Made by a program: the position numbers and the translations under genes | Part shown: positions 1 through 11,688 of the stretch, piece by piece | How positions within the stretch are numbered: position 1 is the first letter of the stretch | How the letters are laid out: each line of letters begins with the position of its first letter | Notes under the pieces: model-generated | What the model saw: only the letters and a program-made list of their open reading frames with translations | The model's database searches: none | What the model was told of the DNA's origin: nothing | NCBI RefSeq assembly: GCF_006345805.1 | Contig: NW_021835813.1 | Location: 1-38,098 of the forward strand | Reading direction: 5' to 3' | Length of the DNA: 38,098 nt | Source of the DNA: Octopus sinensis | Taxonomy: Eukaryota

Positions 1-214
1 TGCTAGAGTGGTGGACATATTTGCCTTGCGGTATTCCTCTCATTTCTTTATATTCTGAGTTCAAATCGCAGCGGAGTTGACTGTGCCTTTCGTGTTTCTA
101 AAGGCGATGAGACATATACTGAATAAATAATAAGGTTTTCCATTTTGTTTTTCAGGTCGTCTAGAAAATAATGGTGAATTTCTGTCGTTGACAGCTAAAG
201 CAATTTTCATATTT

Positions 215-371
215 GCAGGAGTGGCTGTGTGGTAAGTAGCTTGCTAACCAACCACATGGTTCTGGGTTCAGTCCCACTGCGTGGCATCATGGGCAAGTGT
301 CTTCTGCTATAGCCCCGGGCCGACCAATGCCTTGTGCGTGGATTTGGTCGTCGGAAACTGAAAAGGAGCCT
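215..371 (+). mobile_element. tRNA-derived SINE, 5' part; tail interrupted by the Penelope-like insertion
   Basis: GGAGTGGCTGTGTGGTAAGTAGCTTGC...GGTTCTGGGTTCAGTCCC (A-box/B-box-like). Same head at ~17082, ~17905 and ~21865. Confidence 0.8.
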
Positions 372-1461
372 CACGCACGGGTATAAATGCAGGGTGTACA
401 CGCGCACGGCATGTACGTATACCCCCTCACATGTACATATGCATGCTAGTTGGGCTCTATATGTGCAACAATGTAATCGCGCCCGCATACATACATATGG
501 GCGAGTTGCACAATCAAAATACGCACACGTGTTTGTGTGCGTTCCCTGGTTGTGCAATTCACCCATCTGGGTGTGAGTGGGTGTAAGCGTATTGCTGTGG
601 ATGTCGAGCTTGATACGTATGTATATGAGTGTGTATTGGGGGGTTGTACGTATTTATTGCGTGCATGTGCTTCTCGCACGTGCGTCCATGTGTGGATGAA
701 TATATTGGGATTGCTATGTGGGTGTAAATTGGGTATAGAGGGGGGAGTTTTGTCATTGTATGGGTGTAGGTTTCATTTGTGATGGTGGTTTGTTGGTGAT
801 TTTTAATATGTTCTGTATATTTGGGTTAGTTATGTATTATTCTAGTGTGTATAATTGTATACATATGATTGGTGTGAGTGGGATTACGCCCATTTTGGGG
901 GATGTATGTGTTTATTTGTCCGTATAGGGCGGGAGTGGCCGTTTGGTGTATATGTTGAGGCTCACATGCAATTCCAGGTACGCGCGAATGAAGTGGGCAC
1001 TTATATTTGTTATGGGTGTGTATACTTTATTATAACAGACAATACCCAAATAAAAACTGTCAATTCAACATTCCAAATAAAAAACAAAAAACAAAGGGAT
1101 CGTAAACATTCACACATACATACAAAACTCAATAAAAACACCACTAAATAACACCCATCAACATATAAATATATCCTCCAAAATACATATAACAAATGCA
1201 TAATAAAAATACATAATAAAATAAAATAAAAATAAAAAAATATATAAATAAAGAAAATAAAAAATCTAATATAAATTATTAAAGTTTTAACATACCATAA
1301 ACTGTTATATTAATATACATTAAAAATGAACTAATTAAAACAAAGAAATATCAATAAAGACTAACTATAATTAAAGCCTAGACTACATAACCAAAAAATG
1401 TATTATCTAAACTAATTTAAACTAAACTAAACTAAAGTAACCTAATAGGGAACTATTATTG

Positions 1462-3060
1462 CTATTTGTCATAAAACTTATTATATAGGTAAAGTAACTT
1501 ATGTCTGCATTTTATTTTGCGCTCTTCACCAGTATTAAGTAAATTATCATACTTATAAAATAAAATTTCTTTAAACTCATTAGAGCATAAATAACAACAA
1601 TTAGCTCCTATAGTATAAGATTTAGTTTTACAAATTATTTCCCAAAATAAACTATAATTAATATTTAGTGATTTAAGACTCCAAATGTACTTACTAAGTC
1701 CGGTTGAGTTGATTAAGTTTTTATTTTTAAAAGAATTCATATGTTGTGCGATTCTTAGTTTTATTTTTGAGGAAGTAGAACCTATATAAACCGCTTTTGG
1801 GTAATTATTATTCTTAAAGTTATTATCATGTAATGTAACTATACATTTATACACTACATCGTTAATATCACAATTATTATTTAATATACAATTAGATTTA
1901 TCTCTACATGTACAATTAATATAAGTCTTATCATTATTAATATTATTATCAAATAATTTCTTTTTATAAAAATTATTCAGTTTATATTTATTAAATGAAG
2001 AAATAATGTTACCAACATTATTAGTGGTAGAATAACCAACTCCAAAATTATTAAAAGAGAAAATGTTTCTATATTTACGATTATCTCTAATAAATAGTTC
2101 TATAACATCTAAAATCTCTTTAATAATATTCGTTTTTACTTGATCTCCATAAGGAACTATTAACCATATTTTATTCTTAATAACCTTATTATTATTATCA
2201 TTATTATAAATATATTTATAATTCTTTATTTTATTAAAATTGTTATCAAAATTACATCTATGTACAGCATTTAAGGAATTATTAATATTATTAATTTTAT
2301 CAATTTTAGGAGGCGCAATGGCCTAGTGGTTAGGGCAGCGGACTTGCGGTCGGAGGATCGCGGTTTCGATTCCCAGACCGGGCGTTGTGTGTGTTTATTG
2401 AGCGAAAAAACACCTAAAAGCTCCACGAGGCTCCGGCAGGAGGTGGTGATCCCTGCTGTACTCTTTCACCACTCTAAAGGCGGTGCTCCAGCATGGCCGC
2501 AGTCAAATGACTGAAACAAGTACAAAAAAAAAAAAAATATAATTATTATAATAATTATTAAATTTATTTTTATTTTTATTATTCTTATTTATATTATTAT
2601 TATTATTATATTTATTATTATTATTATTATTATTCTTATTTATATTTTTATCATTTTTATTATTTTTTTTATAATATCTATTATTTTTACCACTAAACCT
2701 AACAAAATTATAATTATTATTAGAAGTATCTCGAAAATTATCAATTAAATCTTTATCACTAATATTATAAAATTTAATATTCCTATTATAACCTGCCCCT
2801 CTAAGGGCCTCATTATAATAATTAGCATGTTTATTAAAAATCTCTATATCATAAGAGAGTAATGAAATACGTTTACTTATATTATTAATCAACGATTTTT
2901 TAATAGAAAATGGGTGATTACTATTGACATTTATATATCTAAGGTTCTCATTAAGTTTATGATATGGTTGTGTTTTACCTGTAATAAGATTAAAATTAAC
3001 ATCTAAATAATTAACATTATAATTCTCCTTATATATAGTAATACTTAAACCAGTGGTAAA
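1462..3060 (-). pseudogene. PLE ORF, 3' part: RT thumb, Cys-rich linker and C-terminal GIY-YIG endonuclease; interrupted by a SINE
   Basis: My translation finds one stop-free frame either side of the SINE: GLSITI..ENYNVNYLDV, YINVNSNHP, SKRIS..YNEAL.GAGY, IWLIVPYGDQVKTNI, NCTCRDKSNC, VYIGSTSSKIKLRIAQHMNSF, CYLC..E, KCRH. Confidence 0.85.
2309..2537 (+). mobile_element. tRNA-derived SINE with A-tail inserted in the PLE ORF
   Basis: TGGCCTAGTGGT A-box and GGTTTCGATTCCC B-box-like motifs. 3' end AAAGGCGGTGCTCCAGCATGGCCGCAGTCAAATGACTGAAACAAG matches other SINEs in the window, followed by A14. Confidence 0.85.
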
Positions 3061-3440
3061 AAATATTGAATTCCATAAATACCCAAATAGAAATAATGAA
3101 TATTTAAGGAATTTAGCAATTAAAATTAAAGATATGAGAAATATGGATGGTATTATAGTACAATCTGATAAAACAAGGAACCTATATAAATTAGATGTTA
3201 AATTATATGATAAACTATTAGGAAAAGAAATAATTAAAAAATATAAAATTGTTCCAGATGATATTCTTTATAATATTAATAAGGCCTCTAAAGTAGTAAT
3301 GTTAAAATATGAGTTGGATAATAAAACTGAACCTTATGTACCTTTGCACCCCAGAATTACTCTTAAAGACCATAAAGATAATTTTTATTCAGACCCTAAA
3401 GTTAGATTAATTTGCCCATGTAAATCGGACCTAGGTAAAA
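3053..3440 (+). pseudogene. PLE reverse transcriptase N-terminal fragment, inverted relative to 1462-3060
   Basis: SDKTRNLYKL..YDKLL, ITLKDHKDNF..PKVRLICPCKSDLGK are typical PLE RT N-terminal motifs; breaks off into GT-rich sequence. Confidence 0.8.
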
Positions 3441-4700
3441 GTGAGTATGTATATGCGTATATGTGAGGGAGTATATGTATCTGTTGTGTGTGTGTGTGTT
3501 TTGCGTGTGTGTGTGTTTGTGTGTGAATGTGTATATGGGTTTGTTATTTAGGTTTTGGGATGTATGTGTTAATTTGTCTGTGTGGAGAGGGAGTGGGTTT
3601 TTGGTGTATATTGAGGTTTATAAGTTAGTATAGGTATGTGTATAAGTCGTGGGTCTGTGGTTTACGTGTGTGTTTTTTTGTGTGTGAATGTTTAGGTTAG
3701 GGGGATTGCTATATAGGTTTGTTATAGAGTTTAGAAAAGGGAGATTTTATCGTTATATGTTTTTAAGAGTTTTGGTTTATCATGGTTTTTTTTAGGGAAT
3801 TCGTGGTAATTTGTCTATTTTCGATGTTGGTTGTTTTATTACATTGTTTCATTCATAATTTTTGAGTGGTGTTCGTTTGCCACGTGAATATTATTTTTTA
3901 ATTCCATTTATTCCATTTCTCCATTCATTATTTTAAAAGATGTTCGTTTCCAGAGCGGTTATACTTTTTATACATATGTTAAGTTCCTTGGTAAAGTAAT
4001 TTTGTTTGGTGTATATGTTGAGGCTTATATGTACTTGTGGGTGTGTGTGAGTGGGGTGGGTGTTTGTATTTGTTATGGGTGTGTGGTTTACATGTGTGTA
4101 TTTGTGTGTGAATGTATAGGTTAAAGGGATTGCTATATAAGTATGTTATAGTGTTTAGTAAAGGGAGGTTTTATCATTTATGTTTTGTGAGTTTTAGCTT
4201 ATCATGGTAGTTTTATAAAAGAATCCATTCATAATTTTGTGTTTATTTGTCTGTGTGGGGTTGAGTGGGTTTTTGGAGTATATGTTGAGGTTTATATGTA
4301 TGTATAGGTATGTGTAAGTGGTGTGGGTATTTGTATATGTCGTGGGTGTGTGGTTTACGTGTGTGTATTTGTGTGTGAGTGTGTGAATGTTTAGGTTAGG
4401 GGGATTGCTATATAGGTATGTTATAGAGTTTAGTAAAGGGAGATTTTATCATTATATGTTTTTATGAGGTTTGGTTTATCATGGTAGGTTTGTTGAGGAA
4501 TTCGTAGTAATTTGTGTCTATTTGCGATGTCTGTTGTTTTATTGCATTGTTTCATTCATAATTTTTAAGTAGTGTTCGTTTTACCAAGTGAATATAATTT
4601 TTAATTCCATTTATTCCATTTCTCCGTTCATAATTTTAAGTGATGTCCGTTTTCTAGAGCGTGAATGTGGGTTGTATGTGTGTGTGTGGGGGAGTATGAA
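3440..4700 (+). repeat. Degenerate GT-rich tandem subrepeats, probably PLE UTR/pseudo-LTR; related copy at ~640-1025
   Basis: Recurrent motifs TGGTGTATA(T)GTTGAGG, GGGATTGCTAT, GGGAG.TTTT.TC at ~3600, ~4010, ~4275 and in 700-960. Confidence 0.6.
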
Positions 4701-5094
4701 TAAGTATTGTGTTGAAGTATTTAGCTATTTTATTTATTTATAGTTGCCTAGACGTTTTTATGTGTATGTATAGGGTTATATATATAGGGGTGTGATTTAG
4801 TGTATGTAGTTAGATATGGTTATATATAATTAGGTATATGTGTATGGGTGTATATATAGTTTATTATTATATTATTATTATTTTGTTTTGTTTTATATTT
4901 TATATTTTATATTTTTATATTTTATTTAATTGTTGATAGGTTTATTTTAGTTTATATATTGTTTATATATTGATTATATATGGATTATATATAGGTTATA
5001 TATGGATTATATATTATATTTTTTTCGTTCATACTTTAATTATTTTAAATTATTATTTTTATATTTTTAAATATTGATATTTTAGATTGGAAGT

Positions 5095-5137
5095 CCACCT
5101 GAAGATTGTCGATCAAGACAAGAAACAATTGTAGTGG
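5095..5137 (+). ncRNA. Minimal type I hammerhead ribozyme (PLE-associated)
   Basis: CCAC-CTGAAGA-TTGTC(GATCAA)GACAA-GAAA-C(AATT)GTA-GTGG: stem I CCAC/GTGG, CUGANGA core, 5-bp stem II, GAAA, palindromic minimal stem III, GUA cleavage triplet. Confidence 0.85.
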
Positions 5138-5223
5138 CGGTTTTTTTTTACTATTTATTAAAATTTTATGTATTGATTAAGTCTTACCTTGTTGTTTTGC
5201 AAATAGTGGTTTTGTCTCTAATA

Positions 5224-5276
<53 letters not shown>

Positions 5277-5438
5277 AGTTTTGGAGATGATGTACAGGTA
5301 TTATATATTAGAAGAAATGAGGTAATCAGAAGATCGGATGGTTTATATTTACAGATATTTATTTATATATATATCATATCACTTAGATCATTAGCGCTTT
5401 CTCTCATTCTAGTGGGGTTTTCAAATCAAAATAACTTC

Positions 5439-5588
5439 TGGGTTCTCTTTAAGAAGATGATCCAACATTTCACACGATGCATCTTCATGTTTCCATTTAT
5501 TATCTGCACTTCGATTTCAATTAATAAAACCTTCAAAGACATGCGAAAACGGCGCAAGTCCTAAACGGCGCATGTCCTAAAACGGCGG
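5439..5588 (-). pseudogene. SAMHD1-like fragment P1
   Basis: Encodes ..[29 protein letters not shown]; homologous to ~31765-31890; carries the 16-17 bp minisatellite. Confidence 0.8.
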
Positions 5589-6115
5589 CACCTTGAAAAA
5601 TTTGTTATCGACTATTTCGACCCCAATACTTTTTTTTAAAATCCTTTTAAGCTTGGTACTTACTCTATCGGGCTTATATGCCCAACCGCTAAGTTACTTG
5701 TTTTAGTCATTTGACTGCGACCATGCTGGTGCACCGTCGTAAAAATTTTTTAGTCGAATTTATTTACTCCTGTGTCTATTTTTAATGCCTGGTACTTATC
5801 CTATCGATCTCTTTGCCGAGCTTTTAATTTACGGGGATGTAACAAACGGGTACCGGTTGTCACACACACACACAGACACACACATTATTTTATTTGTTTC
5901 AGTCATTTGACTGCAGCCATGCAGGAGCACCGTCTTTAGTTGAACAAATTGACTCCAGGATTTTTTTTTTGTAGGCCTAGTACTTATATCGGTTTAAGTT
6001 TCGGGGATGTAACTTAGACCGATATAAATTACCGAGTTACGGGGACGTGAACACACCAGTGTCGCTTGTGAAGCGATGGTTGGGGAACAAACAGAGATAT
6101 ACAAACACATAATAC

Positions 6116-6214
<99 letters not shown>

Positions 6215-6307
6215 GAGTATTCTTTTTAAAAAAAACTTTTCTTTTAATTTTTCTAAATTTAATTATTTAATTGTTACAGTTGAAAAAGTCTCAATGACTG
6301 AAACCGG

Positions 6308-6437
6308 TACAGAAATATTTTTTATAAAATTATTTTAGCATTTTCTATCTTGACTTTTTTTCCATATATATATATATATATGGAAAAAAATTCAAGATAG
6401 AAAATGCTAACATAATTTTATTAAAAATATTTCAGTA
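6308..6437. repeat. About 130-bp palindrome centred on (TA)n; second copy 25314-25449
   Basis: Arms TATTTTAGCATTTTCTATCTTGA / TCAAGATAGAAAATGCTAA.ATA. Confidence 0.85.
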
Positions 6438-6530
6438 TATATTTATATATATATAAAGATAAGATCATTATTTAAATATCGATCTTATCAGGTGGTCAGC
6501 ATAGGAATAAGAACCTTCAAAGGTAATAAT

Positions 6531-6679
6531 TATTATTAAAATTATAATTTAGGTTATCTAAGAGATACCAACACGCTGCTAAAGCCACATCATTTGATGT
6601 GGTTATAGAGTCAAGTTTTGGCTGCTATTTCCAGCGTGTTGGTATCTCTTAGATACCCTAAATTTTAATTTTAATAATA
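6531..6679. mobile_element. Short MITE-like hairpin with 48-bp arms; second copy 25543-25691
   Basis: TATTATTAAAATTATAATTTAGGGTATCTAAGAGATACCAACACGCTG and its reverse complement (perfect in copy 2); inner hairpin CCACATCA-TT-TGATGTGG. Confidence 0.6.
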
Positions 6680-6707
6680 TATATATATGTGTATATATAT
6701 ATATATA

Positions 6708-6980
6708 TGACGGGCTTCTTTCAGTTTCCGTCTACCAAATTCACTCCCAAGGCTTTGGTCGTCGGCCCGAGGCTAAAGTAGAAGACACTTGTCCAAGGTG
6801 GCACTCGGTGGACTGAACCCGATAAAACATTCTTTCAGTTTCGTTTACCAAGTCCACTCACAAGAATTTGGTTGGCCCATGGTTACAGTAGAAAGCACTT
6901 GCTCAAAGTGCCACGCAGTGTGACTGAACCCCGAACCATGTTGTTGGGAAGCAATCTTCTTACCACACGGCCACACCTGC
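6708..6980 (-). mobile_element. Two adjacent SINE head fragments; paralogue ~25719-25990
   Basis: Reverse complement of the SINE head (GACGGGCTTCTTTCAGTTTCCGTCTACCAAAT...ACTGAACCC). Confidence 0.7.
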
Positions 6981-7437
6981 TATTGCAGTGATATATATAC
7001 TTATCTCACATTTTATTTCACTATCACTAGTTTTATCATGTATAATATAATTACTACTATAGGTAAAATTTAGTATATTAATTATAGTTAAGTTAAGTTA
7101 ATTTTTGGGGCTCAAAAAGCAAAAAGCAAGGCCACGTAGGGGGACATGGAGTTATGTACAGGGGTGTTCATGCAAAGAGTTCAGGCTATTTCTGGTCAAG
7201 ACAGTCTTTGAACCGAGCGGTCGTCGGTACGTCACTGCCCCATAAACTCAAACGTCCCCTTCGACATTCCCAGAGTCCCCTCGGGGCAGTACCATCTACG
7301 TTGAGAATCCTTGGTGTGGTCGTGCAGATCAGCCTCAGTAATTATTTTTAAGTTTGGTACTTAGTCTATCACTTCCTCTGTTGCCGAACCGGTATTGAAA
7401 CACAAACACAAGCACAACCACACACACACACACACAC

Positions 7438-7479
<42 letters not shown>

Positions 7480-7829
7480 TACGCACATACACACATACAC
7501 ACACTCACAAACAAACAAATAAATTCAAACGCATTTTTTTCTATCGTCCTGTTTTCTCTCTTGAGAAATTAGGCTTCTCAAAACCAGAAAGGAGAAAGCT
7601 AATTTGAAGACTACAGATCCAATCCATCACTGCAACTGTAAAAACCTGTAAAACTTTCCAGAAGTTTATCATTTAAATATATATGAGCATGTCTAGATAT
7701 GCATTGAAAGAATGGCCGAAATTCATTCTCGCTGCTAAGTGAAGTCCGTCAGCTCATCGCAGCCGAAAGGTATATCGCAAAACAGGTATTCAAGTGTGGT
7801 GAATCTGGTTGGTTTTTTTTTAGGGCGGG

Positions 7830-8866
7830 GGGGGTGAATAAAATGCCTAGAAGGACCTACATAGCTCCAGAGAAGAAAATGACAGGCCATAAGCCAATAA
7901 AAGATAGGCTAACTCTTGCCCTTCATACCAATGCGAGTGGAGACTTAAAAACCAAGTCGCTCTTTGTCTACCATTCCGAAAACCCACGAGCGTTCAAGTC
8001 GCACAAAATCCTAAAAGAAAAGCTGCAAGTCATGTGGAGGGTAAACGTTAAAGCCTGGGTCATCAGGCAATTCTTCACCCAGTTGGTCAAACTTGTCTTC
8101 GGACCAGCAATGAAAAAGTGCCTTCCGGAGAACGATCTTCTTCTCAACGTCATTCTCATCCTCGATAATGCTCCTGCTCACCCTCCTAACTTCCAAGATG
8201 ATATCCTGGACGAATTTAAATTCATAAAAGTTGTGTACTTTTCACACAACACCACCCCATCTTTCAGCCCATGGACCAACTGGTAATCTTGAATTGTAAG
8301 AAATTGCACACCAAACATCTGTTTCGTTGGTGCTTTGAAGTCACCGAAAATACAAATCTAACTCTTCATGAGTTTCGTATGGAGCACTACAACATTGTAA
8401 ACTGTCTGAAAATCATCGATATGGCCTGGCAGGGTGTAACAAGAAGAATGTTGAATTCTGCATGGAGGAAATTGTGGTATCGGAAAGCGACTTCGTGGGG
8501 TTTGAGTGTGAGACACTTGTACTTGAGGAGTGTATCTTGGCAAGTCCATAGGCCTCGAGGTTGTTGATAGGGACATTAACGATCTCGTCGAGGAACACTC
8601 CGAGGAGCTAACCACAGGTGAATTCTTTCAGCTTCAGGAGCAAAAGCACGTATGTGTGTGTATTAGGTGAACAGATGCGAAAGGAATGTGTATGTCTTTG
8701 AAGTAAAAAAATGAGTGAATCGCTTCAGAGTTAAAAATAATTTATTCACTGGACTTAATTTGTCGTTGGTACACATAATTCTTCACTACATGCAAAATGT
8801 TGACAACTGCTACGAGTTGCTAGAATTAAAAACAGGGTACATCTGTGGAAGTGATGTGTCAGAAAT

Positions 8867-8937
<71 letters not shown>

Positions 8938-10406
8938 TGTGTGTGTGCGTAATTCATCTGAGATCAGTAGTCTACCGTGGAACTTCGAATATTTCTCTCG
9001 AGTCTCTACGGCCAAACAAAACCTGTCGTCGTAGACATTTCTCGTTTGCCTGCTAGGCCTTTCTCCTCTCTGTCTGTCTGTTGACCACCGTATTTATAAT
9101 AATCGTGGCAGCTAGAAGGACAGACATACTGCGCAGGTTAGCTCCTGTCAATTTGAACTTCGCCTGACATGGCTGAGGTTGTAGATCAGTCACTTTTTGA
9201 CAGGACAAAGAAATCCGTTTTTTCACACCTGTTGATCGTGGTGGTTTGACGACCGAGAATTCTTAGATTCGCTTTCGAATCTAGGCTTGGAGAAGGAAGT
9301 GTTAATTTTTACAAGCATTTGAAAGCGGTGGAAGAGATTGATTCCCTGGTGGAGGACATTCTGGCGGAGAATGCTATCTCTACGAGTGACACAAGGGCAG
9401 TGTTGGCAAGGAGGCAGTGTTTTTCTGTATTTGTAGAAAATTATCATCTTGTAAAATTAGCTACAGGTCGTGCAGCTACTTTATTTAATGACACTGCTCT
9501 GACGAGTTTTCGCAACATTTTTGAAAGGCAGACTTCTTTTGGTAACTTTCTATTGAAACGGCCTGGAAGTGTAAAAAGTGAAGGAATTGTGTCCAAAAAG
9601 CCTAAATTAAGCAAAGTGAGACAGAAATTCCTGAAGTCTTAATGAACATGAATCTCCTTCCAAGCAGCAATCTTTCTCCTTCCCGCTCTATCGTCTTCCT
9701 CGCGCGCACAAATGTCCCATCTTTAAGGCCATTCAGTTAATAAAACCAGTTTACATATTCTTTTGCATTTTCTTTTTATAATTGTCACTTTACTTTTAAC
9801 AACAATTTTTCGAACTTTTCGGTTTGAACGGCAGTTTTTCAACGGCGGTGTCATGAAATTGTCACCCATAATTATGACCCTAGAATCGATTTGTTGCATT
9901 TCAATCTCTTTTAGGGTTAAGGTTAGTTAGGGTTAGGGGTGGGGGAAGGGTATCTTTTTTTCTTCACAAATGTAAATAAACCCAATCTGTTTCTTAAACG
10001 AGGGACATATTCATACGTCACAGAATGCTTTTTAATTCAATAGACGTCACTGGTTTGTTGAAATTGCAGAAAAATAACAACAAATATCTTACAAACTATA
10101 GAATTTTCTCAATAAAGCCAAGAGAAAAAGATGTTTTTTTAAACACATTCTACCAGTATAGGAAGTTTAAAATTTTAAAATTAACTAGATATTATTTTCA
10201 AAACTGCCGTTCAAACCGAAATGATCCCAATTTTTCTGCTTTAAAACCCATAAAAAAATATTTTGGGGTGATTTGGGGTGGGTGCTGAAACGGATTAATT
10301 ATATTTTAGTTCATTTCAATAGGGAAAATTGATTTGTAAAACGAGTAAATCGTAAAACGATTTCGGGCATAGAACGAATTAAGCTCGTTTTGCGAAGTAA
10401 TCGATG
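7830..10406 (+). mobile_element. Degenerate Tigger/pogo-type DNA transposon (DDE_1 transposase remnant) with nested insertions
   Basis: KDRLTL..NASGD, YHSENPRAF, WRVNVKAWV, LILDNAPAHP, NTTP/MDQ.VI frameshift, AWRKLW, then KLATGRA..LFND at 9319-9642. TIR-like end GAACGAATTAAGCTCG...GATG followed by TA at 10407. Confidence 0.85.
9809..10229. mobile_element. MITE nested in the Tigger 3' region; paralogue 28452-28873
   Basis: TIRs TTTCGGTTTGAACGGCAGTTTT / AAAACTGCCGTTCAAACCGAAA; internal TTAGGG-like tract; same family as 10590-11327. Confidence 0.65.
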
Positions 10407-10589
10407 TAATTCTAATTAAATAATTCTAGTTTAGTAATTACCTTCCCTTCTAATCTATTTTGTACTTGAAGAATTCGGTGCGAGCTCGGTAGAAGGAAAA
10501 ATGCCTATCTTCAAACCTTTCAAATGAGTGCAGGATGTAAATTCTTTCATCACAGAGAACTAAGAAACTTGAAGAAAAAAAAAAAATTA

Positions 10590-11327
10590 TGGGACCTTTT
10601 CCTTTTGAACGGCACTTTTCAACACAATTTCTAGTTAACTAAACACTTTTAAATTTCGTATACTGGTAGAATGTGTCAAAATAAAACATTTTTTCTCTTG
10701 GCTTTCTTGAGAAAATTGTAATTCGTTTGTTTAACGTAGTTTAATTTTTCGATTTTTAACCAATCCTATGCCCTCTATTTATCTAAATTCATTTGCTGCG
10801 TCTAAAACAGACAACATCCTGTCACTAACCCTAACCCTAAATTTTAGCCTTTCGTTTTTTTTTTCTTAATTTTTAAATTAATTTAAGGATAACAATTAAG
10901 AAGAAAAAAACGAAACCAATGGAAAATAATTTTAATTTAACAATTAAGAAAAAAAACACAAAGGCTAAAACGAAAGCAAAAACTCAAAACAAAAACAAAA
11001 CGAATAATTTTAGACACATGCGTAACAATTAAATTAATTTAACAATTAAGAAAAAAAAAACGAAAGGCTAAAATTTAGTGTTAGGGTTAGTGACAGGATG
11101 TTGTCTCAGTTTTAGACGCAGCAAATGATTTTAGCTCAATAGAGGGCATAGGATTGGTTAAAATTCGAAAAATTAAACTACATTAAACTTACAAATTACA
11201 ATTTTCTCAAGAGAGCCAAGAGACAAAAGGTTTTATTTTGACACATTCTACCAGTATACGAAGTTTAAAAGTGTTTAGTTAACTAGAAATTGTGTTAAAA
11301 ACTGCTGTTCGAAAGGGAAAGATCCCA
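10590..11327. mobile_element. Fold-back MITE with about 300-bp inverted arms, TA-flanked
   Basis: TA|TGGGA...TCCCA|TA; arms 10590-~10885 and ~11030-11327 are near-perfect reverse complements. Confidence 0.85.
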
Positions 11328-11424
11328 TAATTATGATCTTTACTTCATATTATTATTTTTTTTTAATTTTAAAATAACAATAATCATTAATCTTTCTACC
11401 TTTACGACAAATACTTTTATCATT

Positions 11425-11458
<34 letters not shown>

Positions 11459-11502
11459 GCAGCAGTAGTAGTAGTAGTAGTAGTAGTAGTAGCAGCAGCA
11501 GC

Positions 11503-11533
<31 letters not shown>

Positions 11534-11643
11534 GTAGTAATAGTAGTAGTAGTAGTAGTAGTAGTAACAGTGGCGGCTGCTGCTTCTAAATTTCACTTTC
11601 ACTATTAATCTACTGCGAATTAAATCCGTCATCTTAACCGCGC

Positions 11644-11688
<45 letters not shown>

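Larger units (their letters stand above)
372..5230. mobile_element. Composite Penelope-like element (PLE) insertion, about 4.85 kb
   Basis: Paralogous loci (~18058 and ~22020) run directly from the SINE end AGCCT through (TA)n into the TGGAAG...TGATGTACAGG block. Here the PLE ORFs, GT-rich repeats and a hammerhead lie between them. Confidence 0.8.

Noticed and set aside
2309-2385. tRNA gene
   Set aside because: Has A/B boxes but no convincing cloverleaf, and continues into a SINE body and A-tail.
3845-4655. Degenerate hammerheads in the repeated TTCATAATTTT..GTTCGTTT motif
   Set aside because: No intact CTGANGA core on either strand.
9499-9530. Second hammerhead (CTGACGA...GAAA), also at ~28140
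   Set aside because: No stem II adjoining GAAA and no stem I/III; lies in Tigger coding sequence.
9912-9938. Interstitial telomere or chromosome-fusion scar
   Set aside because: Only a few imperfect TTAGGG units, always inside the MITE family.
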